Source: an uncultured Candidatus Actinomarina sp.
GTDB taxonomy: Bacteria > Actinomycetota > Acidimicrobiia > Actinomarinales > Actinomarinaceae
DNA length: 64,000 nucleotides
Assembly: GCA_902521955.1 (NCBI GenBank)
Contig: CABYTP010000002.1
Location: 55,404 to 119,403, forward strand
Direction: 5' to 3'
The notes beneath the pieces were generated by a model. That model was not told the DNA's origin and did no database searches. It was given only the letters and a program-made list of their open reading frames with translations. The first letter of the stretch is position 1, and every line of letters starts with the position of its first letter. Shown here piece by piece: positions 44,954 through 53,150 of this stretch. A program made the translations under genes and the position numbers.

Positions 44954-45028
44954 TGGCGCTGTCCTATATTGGGCTACTTTTAATATTTCTATTAATTATT
45001 TTCTTTGGTAGAAGAATTAAGTAAATTT

Positions 45029-45832
45029 TTAATTTGGTTGATAGGTACCAAAAAAGACTTGCCATGCAAGACATGTCTTAGCTAGTAAGCTAAGCCAGAT
45101 ATATGCTCTCTCACCGTATAGGTAGTCTTTCCATTTTCCAACTTGTTTATATTGCAAAATCATATTTATAGAAAATGTGTTAAAAAATAGGAATATACTC
45201 ACAAATATCCACACTACAAATTGTGGAACTCCTTGAGGATTAGAATCAGTTGCCACTCCATCTCCTATTAAATTTATAAATATAAATATCCACGGAGCAA
45301 CACCAACAAGACAACCCATAATATAACTTGTCCAATCAACTTTTTCTGTATATTGATTATGGACTTCCATCATCCAGCCAAACCAACACATGGCAGCATT
45401 CATAAAGAATATTCCAGCCAAAGCCCAAATATCATAAATTCCAACAAGTAAAGCAATTAAGACGATCATAACTGATGCACTTATTGAATATTCAATCCAT
45501 CGAACTTTGTTAATTCCTTTTGATAAGTCTTCTTTATATTTGTTATAGAAAGGTCCAGAAATCAAATAGTGTGCAACAGCTGATGCAAGTAAGAAAGTAG
45601 CTACTGCTGGTCCAAAATTTGTAACTTCAGTCCAAATTTCTAATTCAGGAATTAAAGCAAAGCTTGAAGGATCCTCAGGTGAACCAACGCCAACAAGTTG
45701 TGTTAAGGTTATCGGTACGACAAAATCTGAATTGACAACTGTTCCAAGCCAAAATAACAAACCACCCTGTATCAGATGAACGGTTCCCATAATAATATTG
45801 AACCTTTTAAGTTTTTTAATTTTTAAATCCAC
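45029..45832 (-). CDS. heliorhodopsin (retinal-binding 7TM photoreceptor, inverted topology)
   Basis: 267 aa, 7 TM. Strong by-eye similarity to heliorhodopsin 48C12 blocks: RFNIIMGTVHLIQ / NSDFVVPITLTQ (N-terminus), RWIEYSISASVMIVLIA (TM3, Glu114 at the counterion position), GERAYIWLSLLAKTCLAWQVFFGT (TM7, Lys252 at the Schiff-base position). GTG start preceded by a GGGGA RBS. Confidence 0.88.
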   Translation of the reverse strand: MDLKIKKLKRFNIIMGTVHLIQGGLLFWLGTVVNSDFVVPITLTQLVGVGSPEDPSSFALIPELEIWTEVTNFGPAVATFLLASAVAHYLISGPFYNKYKEDLSKGINKVRWIEYSISASVMIVLIALLVGIYDIWALAGIFFMNAAMCWFGWMMEVHNQYTEKVDWTSYIMGCLVGVAPWIFIFINLIGDGVATDSNPQGVPQFVVWIFVSIFLFFNTFSINMILQYKQVGKWKDYLYGERAYIWLSLLAKTCLAWQVFFGTYQPN

Positions 45833-45889
45833 TTTTCCCCTTTAATAAATTCTTATGTATAACCTTAGTTTTTAATTTAATATTAAATA

Positions 45890-46084
45890 ATGGATAAACA
45901 ACTTATTTTCTCTGAAATAGAATCAATTATGTTTGATTTAGAAACATTGATCAAATCTCTTGCTAATTCACGAGAATATATAGCAGGTGAAGATTTTTCA
46001 AGAGCATCAGGAAAACTTTCAGAATTAGAGATTGAGCTACAATCCCTAGCCGGTAGAGTAGCCTATATTAAATCAAACCTTTGA
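45890..46084 (+). CDS. hypothetical small soluble protein (64 aa)
   Basis: ORF divergent from the heliorhodopsin gene; predicted helical/coiled (…LSELEIELQSLAGRVAYIKSNL); no known motif. Confidence 0.3.
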   Translation: MDKQLIFSEIESIMFDLETLIKSLANSREYIAGEDFSRASGKLSELEIELQSLAGRVAYIKSNL

Positions 46085-47098
46085 TGGAAAAGTAGTAACT
46101 TCAGATATCTCTACAGTTACTTTATCTCCTGATTCGTAAATTGTATTTGGAAGAGAACGTGCTCTAAAAATTTCGCCTTTATTATTACTAAAAGAAATTA
46201 CTTGATCATGGCCATAAAAGGTACATTCTGTAACTATATAACTACCCTTTGTATCTAGTGTTAACTCTATACATTCCGGCCTTATTGATACATCCAGAGC
46301 GCCATTATATGCAGAAACAAATGAGCCAAGTGAAGTTTCAACTAGGCCATTAACTGAAAACCCTTTAATAATATTTGGATCTCCTACTGAGTTTGCAACT
46401 GTTTGGCTTACAGGATTTAAATAAATTTCTTGAGGAGTAGCACTTTGGATAACTTTTCCATTCTCTAGAACGCTTACTACATCACATACAGAGAGGGCTT
46501 CTTCTTGGTCATGCGTAACAATTATGGCTGTTGTTTCTGTTTCTCTAAGAAGTGATATGACTTCATCTCTTAAATCTCTAGCCATATGGGCATCTAGACT
46601 TGTGAAGGGTTCGTCTAATAAGATTACTTCGGGTTTTGGTGCTATTGCTCTTGCGAGAGCTACTCTTTGCTGTTGACCCCCAGAAAGTTCTTGCGGTAGC
46701 TTGGAACTATAGTTATTTAAATTACACATATTTATAACTTCTTCCAACCTTCCACTTTTAATTTGATCTTTCGATAGTCCAAATGCAATATTACTTTTTA
46801 CATCTAAATGAGGAAATAGTGCATAATCTTGAAAAACCATTCCAACATTTCTTTCTTCAGGTGGTAAATAGATTTCTTCACTAGAAATAATCTCATTTCG
46901 CATTTCAATAATCCCACTATCAGGTTTTTCAAATCCAGCTATAAGTCTAAGAGCTGTAGTCTTTCCGGAACCTGAGACACCTAAAATTCCTACGATTGCA
47001 CCGTTCCAAACGTCAAGATTAAAATCAGACAGGACTTTTTCGGAGCCATAAGATTTAGCTATAGAACGAGCTCTAATGATTAAATTATCGTATGCCAT
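46073..47098 (-). CDS. ABC transporter ATP-binding protein, FbpC/PotA-like with C-terminal TOBE-type domain (putative Fe3+ import)
   Basis: Walker A GVSGSGKTT, signature LSGGQQQRVALARA, Walker B ILLDEP; 341 aa. Confidence 0.85.
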   Translation of the reverse strand: MAYDNLIIRARSIAKSYGSEKVLSDFNLDVWNGAIVGILGVSGSGKTTALRLIAGFEKPDSGIIEMRNEIISSEEIYLPPEERNVGMVFQDYALFPHLDVKSNIAFGLSKDQIKSGRLEEVINMCNLNNYSSKLPQELSGGQQQRVALARAIAPKPEVILLDEPFTSLDAHMARDLRDEVISLLRETETTAIIVTHDQEEALSVCDVVSVLENGKVIQSATPQEIYLNPVSQTVANSVGDPNIIKGFSVNGLVETSLGSFVSAYNGALDVSIRPECIELTLDTKGSYIVTECTFYGHDQVISFSNNKGEIFRARSLPNTIYESGDKVTVEISEVTTFPSKV

Positions 47099-48654
47099 TA
47101 GTTGTCTAAACTCCTCGTACTAAGTATATACGTAGGAAAAGCACTAATTGCCAACAAAATAAATCCGGAAAAAGCAGCTTGAGTAAACAATGCTTCTGAC
47201 GCATTGGACCAAATATCTACAGCCATAGTACTAAAACCAGTTGGTCTTAATAGTAATGTTTGTGGCAACTCTTTCATTGTGGATAAGAATACCAAAGCAG
47301 CTCCTGCAAGAAGTCCTTTATAAATTAAAGGAAAAGTAACTTTAAAAAATGTATCTAATTTTGATAATCCAAGTCCAGCACTTGCTTCAATGTAAGAGAT
47401 TTTAACTTGTTCCATCGATGCTTGTCCCCCTCCAACAGCTTGTGGTAAAAACACAATTAAGTATGAGATTATTAGTGTTATAAAAGTTTGATAAATTGAG
47501 GGGAAAATTTTTATTGTAATAAATAACATCGAAATCCCGACTGCAATGTGTGGTAGACCATAAAGAGTGAGTGTAACTTTTTCAAATAAATCTCCAAATT
47601 TTGATTTATATTGGGAGATCATCACAACGATTGGGGTAGCTATAACCATCGCAAAGAATGATGTTACTGTTGCGGCAGTTAAAGAACCAGCAACACCTGC
47701 TAATGATCCAGATATCTGAATTCCATTAGATATACCCCTAATCAACCAATATGAAAGAACACCAACAGGTAAAAGTAAACTAAAAAATATTACAATGCCG
47801 AAAAATAATAAAACTAAATATTTGCTAGTTTTTGAAAGCTCAATCCTAATTGGCTCTCTTGGTGTACCAGAGACTTTTGCTGACTTACTCATTTCACTAC
47901 CCCTTTGGGCAAAACTTATGATTAATGCAAGAACAATCAAAATCGTTGAGTAAAAAATTACTGGATCACCATTTATATTGATAACATAATAAGAATAAAT
48001 AGCTTTTGTCATTGTTCCATATTTCATTAGGGAAACAGCACCAAAATCAGAAATTACATACAAACCGACTAAAAGTGAAGAATATATCATTGGCTTTTTT
48101 AACCTTGGAATAACCACGCTTGTATACATCTTTATTCTTTTGACGCCTAATGACCTTGCAGCATCTTCAACTGTTGAATCTAAATTCCTCAAGGCACTAC
48201 TGCAAATCAACTGAACATAAGGATATGTAAATAAAGTTAAAACAATCCAGCTTCCAATAAAACCTTCTATTCCTACGATTTCAGATAAACCATATCTAGA
48301 AAATATATCAACAAACAGGCCTTTTGGAGAAAAAGCAGATACATATGTCAAAGCACCAATGTAAGAAGGAATTACAAGGGGTAAAATCGTCAAACTAAAT
48401 AAAAATTTAGATCCAGGAAATTTATACCTAACAGTAAGAATTGATATTGATAATCCCAATAATAGACTTGTGAAAACGACAGCAAAAAAAAGAAATAAAG
48501 TATTAATTAAAAGAGTTGATACATCCCATGAATTTAAAAAACGGGAAAGGTTTTTAGATAAATCTACAAATCTCCAAAATAAATAAAAAAGTGGCATTAA
48601 AAATAAAGAGAGTATAAATACATTAGTTGATAATAAAAGTTTAGGTGTTTTCAC
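47098..48654 (-). CDS. ABC transporter permease, duplicated 12-TM FbpB-type
   Basis: 518 aa with two internally repeated six-TM permease halves; operon with the ATPase and binding protein. Confidence 0.8.
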   Translation of the reverse strand: MKTPKLLLSTNVFILSLFLMPLFYLFWRFVDLSKNLSRFLNSWDVSTLLINTLFLFFAVVFTSLLLGLSISILTVRYKFPGSKFLFSLTILPLVIPSYIGALTYVSAFSPKGLFVDIFSRYGLSEIVGIEGFIGSWIVLTLFTYPYVQLICSSALRNLDSTVEDAARSLGVKRIKMYTSVVIPRLKKPMIYSSLLVGLYVISDFGAVSLMKYGTMTKAIYSYYVININGDPVIFYSTILIVLALIISFAQRGSEMSKSAKVSGTPREPIRIELSKTSKYLVLLFFGIVIFFSLLLPVGVLSYWLIRGISNGIQISGSLAGVAGSLTAATVTSFFAMVIATPIVVMISQYKSKFGDLFEKVTLTLYGLPHIAVGISMLFITIKIFPSIYQTFITLIISYLIVFLPQAVGGGQASMEQVKISYIEASAGLGLSKLDTFFKVTFPLIYKGLLAGAALVFLSTMKELPQTLLLRPTGFSTMAVDIWSNASEALFTQAAFSGFILLAISAFPTYILSTRSLDN

Positions 48655-48755
48655 AAATTTAAGAATATATTAAAAAATAACTTATTAAAAGAAAAAATTC
48701 TGGTCAGATTCCTCTGACCAGAATTTTTTGGCTTATGTTGATATTGACGGACGGA

Positions 48756-49874
48756 CTAATATCCGGCTTGAGCAATCAATTCGACAGCTTTTTCTTGCCA
48801 TAAGGCTAGTGCTGACCAGTTCAAGTTTGAAGGAGAGTTCAAACTATTAATGTCTGGCAACAAAGCATTTGGCTCAATACCTTCAACAAGAGGGAACTCG
48901 TATACTGTATTTGTAAATGTCTCTTGAGCTGACTTTGAATGTAAGAATTCAACGAATGCCATAGCTGCTGGTTTATTTTGGCTTGAGGACAAAATTCCAA
49001 CACCTGCAGGCATAACCATTGCTCCACAACCACCATCTAGGAACACATTCTTAATTGGAGCAGAAGGATCTTCTGCTAAAACTCTTAATGTGTAGTAATG
49101 GTTAATCATTCCAATATCAAGTTCACCAGCAGCTGCAGCAGCAACTTGTGGTGAGTTCTTAGGATATTCTCCGTATCCAAGACCATTTATTGTTGTTAAC
49201 CAATCTAGAACTTTTTCTTCACCATCTGATTCGATCATACATGCAACCATTGCTAAGAATGATCCATTAGTTGGTGCTAAACCTAATCTATTTCTAAACT
49301 TTTCATCAGCAAGACCATAAATATCACCAGGTAATTCTGCGTCAGTGACATCTCTTGTGTCAACAACTAGTGATCTTGATCTTCCAGATGTACCAACCCA
49401 GTATCCATTTTTGTCTACTGCCCATGCTGGGACATTGTCTAGAACGCTTTCAGGAAGTCGATCAAACAATCCTTCTTTGGCAATTACACCAAGACTGACA
49501 GGATCTTGAGAAAAGAATACGTCTGCTGGGCTAATAGCTCCTTCAAGAACTACTGTACCTGCTAGAGCCGGGCTCTTTGCGTATCTTACTTCAACTTCAA
49601 CTCCTGAAGTTGCAGCAAACTCTGCAATGATGTCGGCGACTAAGCTTTCTTTTCTACCACTATAGATAACTAGAGTTCCGCCAACTTTGGCTGAATCTTC
49701 TGTTAAAGCAGCTTCTACGGCTGCGTCAATAGCTTCCTGTGATACTTCTCCTGCTGGACCTGCTTCTCCTGCTGGTCCTTGCTCTCCTGCTGGTCCTTGC
49801 TCTCCTGCTGTAGGCGAACAAGCTGTTAAAACCATCATTAAAGCAATTAAAGTAACTGTTAATTTTTTATTCAT
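48756..49874 (-). CDS. ABC transporter substrate-binding lipoprotein (Fe3+-type, FbpA/AfuA-like) with collagen-like N-terminal linker
   Basis: Lipobox LTAC, then (GEQGPAG)n linker, then a periplasmic-binding-protein fold of ~330 aa. Confidence 0.75.
   Translation of the reverse strand: MNKKLTVTLIALMMVLTACSPTAGEQGPAGEQGPAGEAGPAGEVSQEAIDAAVEAALTEDSAKVGGTLVIYSGRKESLVADIIAEFAATSGVEVEVRYAKSPALAGTVVLEGAISPADVFFSQDPVSLGVIAKEGLFDRLPESVLDNVPAWAVDKNGYWVGTSGRSRSLVVDTRDVTDAELPGDIYGLADEKFRNRLGLAPTNGSFLAMVACMIESDGEEKVLDWLTTINGLGYGEYPKNSPQVAAAAAGELDIGMINHYYTLRVLAEDPSAPIKNVFLDGGCGAMVMPAGVGILSSSQNKPAAMAFVEFLHSKSAQETFTNTVYEFPLVEGIEPNALLPDINSLNSPSNLNWSALALWQEKAVELIAQAGY
49746..49817 (-). repeat. tandem 18-21-nt repeats encoding a GEQGPAGEQGPAGEAGPAGE linker
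   Basis: Direct nucleotide repeats CCTGCTGGTCCTTGCTCT x3 visible on the plus strand. Confidence 0.8.
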
Positions 49875-49903
49875 TTTTATTTAACCTTTTGTTTTGCTTA
49901 ACT

Positions 49904-49923
49904 TTGTTAATAGTAGTTAACAA
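49904..49923. promoter_or_regulatory. candidate repressor operator: inverted repeat TTGTTAA-N6-TTAACAA in the divergent substrate-binding-protein/hemH promoter region
   Basis: 7-bp perfect inverted arms; further TTAAC/GTTAA half-sites at 49898-49910 and 49927-49934 in the 131-bp AT-rich intergenic region. Confidence 0.35.
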
Positions 49924-50005
49924 CTTTAGTTAACGGTAATTATTTTAGAAAAAAAAATTTTTTTGTGATTTATTATTTTGAATTTTTTATCGTAATATTA
50001 ATCTC

Positions 50006-51025
50006 ATGTCTCTTAATAAAAATGAAGGTGTCCTTTTAATTAACCTTGGTTCTCCAAAAGAACTTTCTAAAAAATCTGTTCGTGAATATTTAAAAGTTTT
50101 TCTATCAGATGATAATGTTGTTGACTTACCTAAAATGTTACAACAGTTTCTACTTCGATTTTTTATTCTTCCATTTAGACCGAAAAAAACACTTGAGGCT
50201 TACGAACTAATATGGACAAAAGAAGGGTCTCCCCTAATTGTGTCAACTCAAAGTATTGCTGAAAAGCTCTCAAAAAAAACTGGTTGGATTGTTGAGTATG
50301 CAATGAGATACGAAGACCCAAGTATTGAAAATGCATTATTAAATTTAAAAAATAAAGGTATAAAAAAAATAAATGTCATATCTCTCTATCCACATAATGC
50401 TATGGCAACAACAATAACTACTGAAATGGAGACAAGACTAGTTGCTAATAAAGTAGACAAAGATTTTGAATTAGTCTTTACGAAACCATTTTTTGATAAC
50501 GAAATCTACATTGATGCTATGACAAATACAATTAAACCCTATTTGGAGAATGAGTCATTTGATAAGATAATTTTTAGTTATCATGGAATACCTAAAAGAC
50601 AAGCCATGAAAACAGATGAGACGGGAGAGCACTGTTTTTCAACAAATGCATGTTGTGAATTAGAAAATCTTGGATCAAAAGATTGTTACAGATCTCACAC
50701 CAGGATAGCCTCTGATCTTACTGCAAAAAAACTAGGTTTAAATGAAAGTGAATGGGAAATTGCTTATCAATCAAGAATCGGCCCTGGTTGGCTAACACCG
50801 TTTACTGATAAAAGATTAGCTCAGCTTCCTGAAGAAGGTAAGGATAAAATTGCTATATTATGCCCTTCATTTATTTCAGATTGTCTTGAAACACTTGAAG
50901 AAATAGATATTAGAGGTAGAAAAACTTTTATAGATGCGGGTGGTAAAGAAATGACTTACATCCCATGTTTGAATGATTCAGACGATACTATTAAATTATT
51001 AGAAAATCTAATTGAGAGTAGCTGA
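50006..51025 (+). CDS. hemH: ferrochelatase (likely coproporphyrin-type in an actinobacterium) with internal 4-Cys insertion
   Basis: GVLLINLGSP N-terminus, ferrochelatase fold throughout, Cys210/216/217/227 cluster (HCFSTNACCELENLGSKDC). Confidence 0.85.
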   Translation: MSLNKNEGVLLINLGSPKELSKKSVREYLKVFLSDDNVVDLPKMLQQFLLRFFILPFRPKKTLEAYELIWTKEGSPLIVSTQSIAEKLSKKTGWIVEYAMRYEDPSIENALLNLKNKGIKKINVISLYPHNAMATTITTEMETRLVANKVDKDFELVFTKPFFDNEIYIDAMTNTIKPYLENESFDKIIFSYHGIPKRQAMKTDETGEHCFSTNACCELENLGSKDCYRSHTRIASDLTAKKLGLNESEWEIAYQSRIGPGWLTPFTDKRLAQLPEEGKDKIAILCPSFISDCLETLEEIDIRGRKTFIDAGGKEMTYIPCLNDSDDTIKLLENLIESS

Positions 51026-51303
51026 TTTATTTAACTTTTTAAAATTAGCCGATTTGATAAAGAATTTACCGCCGTTACGGACAAACCACATAAAGCCAGC
51101 AATTAAGTATGCATACGGACACATCATATTATTAATATTATACATGAAATAGTAGAATATTAATAATGCAAAAAGATCCTAAGCTTGTAAGAAAATATGA
51201 ACCAATCATTTGGCTTCTTTTTTTTGGTTTGACTTTTGCTGTTGGTTGCCCTGCGTTCTAAAAATATACCCTAATAAGTTAATCGCTGTTAACATATAAA
51301 TTA

Positions 51304-51987
51304 ATGAATAATAATCCAAATGTATTTCCCCAAAGAGAGATTGAGAAGCTCCCAAATTCTTTTTACTCTCACGCAGAGGCTATATTCCACTTAAGCGAAG
51401 TCGGAATTGAAGTTAAGCAAACTCGTGTAGCTGACTGGCTTGGAGTAAGTAGAGCTAATGTTTCACAAGTAACTGGAAGAATGCAAAACAGCGGTTTGGT
51501 GAAACTTGGTGATGAATTAGAACTTACTGAAAAAGGTTCCTACTTAGCAAAAATGATTTCACGAAGGAGAAGAATTGTAGAGAGATTCTTGTCTGAGATT
51601 CTAGATTTATCTTGGGATAAGGTCTATATGGAAACCAAAAATTGGGAAAATGTATTAAGTCCTATTACTGAAGATGCTATGTTAAAAATACTAGGAAATC
51701 CTACTACTGGTCTATTTGGAAATCCAATTCCTTATTCAGGTTATTTTGAAGGGCCTATGAAAAGACTATTTGATGTTAAAACAAAAAAGAAATACTCTAT
51801 TATAAAAATTTCGGAAGAGCTAAAAAGAGATAGCTCTGTAATTTCATTTCTCCAAAAAAATGAAATACTGCCAGGAAACAAAATATATATATCAGACACT
51901 AATAATTATTCAATAACAGTAAGTGTCAGCAAAGATAAGTTTTTTGGCTTAGATCAGTTTATTGCAGAGAGAGTATTCGTAGGATAA
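51304..51987 (+). CDS. DtxR/IdeR/MntR-family metal-dependent transcriptional regulator with C-terminal SH3-like (FeoA-type) domain
   Basis: HTH ...RVADWLGVSRANVSQVTGRM..., dimerisation region ...RRRIVERFLSEILDL..., ...GNPIPYSG... hinge; 227 aa. Confidence 0.78.
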   Translation: MNNNPNVFPQREIEKLPNSFYSHAEAIFHLSEVGIEVKQTRVADWLGVSRANVSQVTGRMQNSGLVKLGDELELTEKGSYLAKMISRRRRIVERFLSEILDLSWDKVYMETKNWENVLSPITEDAMLKILGNPTTGLFGNPIPYSGYFEGPMKRLFDVKTKKKYSIIKISEELKRDSSVISFLQKNEILPGNKIYISDTNNYSITVSVSKDKFFGLDQFIAERVFVG

Positions 51988-52027
51988 TACAATTTATGGT
52001 TATTAAAAAAATTTTTATAATTAAAGT

Positions 52028-52510
52028 ATGAGCAATCTTCTATCAAACATTCCATATGAAATATTCAGCTACATTGGTGGTGCGATATTTATTTTTATAA
52101 TTTTGTATAAATTTTTTCCTAGTTTATTTATAAAAATTCATAAGCCTATATTTTTTACAATTGGAATTTTGTCATTGTCCTTAGGCTATATTGGAATCGT
52201 AGTTCCGGGCCTGCCTACAACAGTATTTATTTTGATTGCTGCATGGGCATTTTCAAAATGTTCCGAGAGATTTACATTGTGGTTAGAAAATCACAAAATT
52301 TTTGGACCTATTATTCTCAATTGGAAAAGGTACAGAGGTTTGTCAAGAAGGGCAAAAAAACTTGCTATTTCAATGATAATTCCAACTTTTGCGTTGACAA
52401 TTTACTTAGTTTTTTCATTAGTGGGCGACTTAATCTTTGGAGGGTTTGGAATAGCTCTTTGTACATGGTTAGCAACTCGTCCCGAACCACCTTTAGAAAC
52501 AGGAATTTAA
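52028..52510 (+). CDS. DUF454/YbaN-family inner-membrane protein
   Basis: GLPTTVFILIAAWAFSKCSERFTLWLENHKIFGPIILNWKRYRGLSRRAKKLAIS matches the YbaN family core. Confidence 0.65.
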   Translation: MSNLLSNIPYEIFSYIGGAIFIFIILYKFFPSLFIKIHKPIFFTIGILSLSLGYIGIVVPGLPTTVFILIAAWAFSKCSERFTLWLENHKIFGPIILNWKRYRGLSRRAKKLAISMIIPTFALTIYLVFSLVGDLIFGGFGIALCTWLATRPEPPLETGI

Positions 52511-52515
52511 CTAAT

Positions 52516-53118
52516 TCAGTTAGCTTCCGGAATTTGATAGCCAATAGGTGAGACCTTATCCAATTCAAAAACATCTCGAGACTGAGCTTCGTAATTTAGA
52601 CCAATAGATATTTGATCCCCTTCTATTACTCTATTTCCATTTTCATCAAGCCTTGCATTCATTGTTGCTTTTTTTCCAGATTTACAAATTGTTTTTATTT
52701 CGCTCATCTCATCAGCCCAAGCTAATAAATAAACACTTCCTGGAAATGGCTCTCCTCTAAAGTCTGTTCTTAATCCATAACACAAAACTGGTATTTTTAA
52801 TTTATCGACAACTAACGTAAGTTGCAAAACTTGCTTTGGGCTTAAAAACTGTGACTCATCAACCAAAATACATGAAACTTTTTCTCTTTGGTGTTCATGA
52901 GCTGTCCATACATATAAATCATCATCAGATGTAAAAATTTCGCAATCCCTATCTAAACCAATTCGAGATGCAATTTTACCCTCTCCAAACCTGTCATCCA
53001 ATTTTGGAGTAAATAAGAGTGTACGCATATCTCTTTCTTCATAATTATGGGCTGACTGAAGAAGAGTTGTGCTCTTTCCCGCATTCATAGCAGCGTAGTA
53101 AAAATATAATTTTGCCAT
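52516..53118 (-). CDS. tdk: thymidine kinase
   Basis: P-loop [11 protein letters not shown], ...[13 protein letters not shown]..., C-terminal zinc-ribbon Cys. Confidence 0.9.
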   Translation of the reverse strand: MAKLYFYYAAMNAGKSTTLLQSAHNYEERDMRTLLFTPKLDDRFGEGKIASRIGLDRDCEIFTSDDDLYVWTAHEHQREKVSCILVDESQFLSPKQVLQLTLVVDKLKIPVLCYGLRTDFRGEPFPGSVYLLAWADEMSEIKTICKSGKKATMNARLDENGNRVIEGDQISIGLNYEAQSRDVFELDKVSPIGYQIPEAN

Positions 53119-53150
53119 TTATTATATATTAGTAATTTATTCTTATGTTG

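Noticed and set aside
45067-45090. Perfect 12-bp palindrome AAGACATGTCTT and adjacent CTTAGCT-N4-AGCTAAG inverted repeat.
   Set aside because: Both lie inside the heliorhodopsin coding sequence (the TM7 region encoding LLAKTCLAW). They are most likely coincidental given codon constraints, not a terminator or operator.
49735-49815. Tandem nucleotide repeats in the substrate-binding protein gene as a possible CRISPR or minisatellite.
   Set aside because: Three short in-frame repeats encode a collagen-like linker. There are no spacers or leader, and no cas genes.
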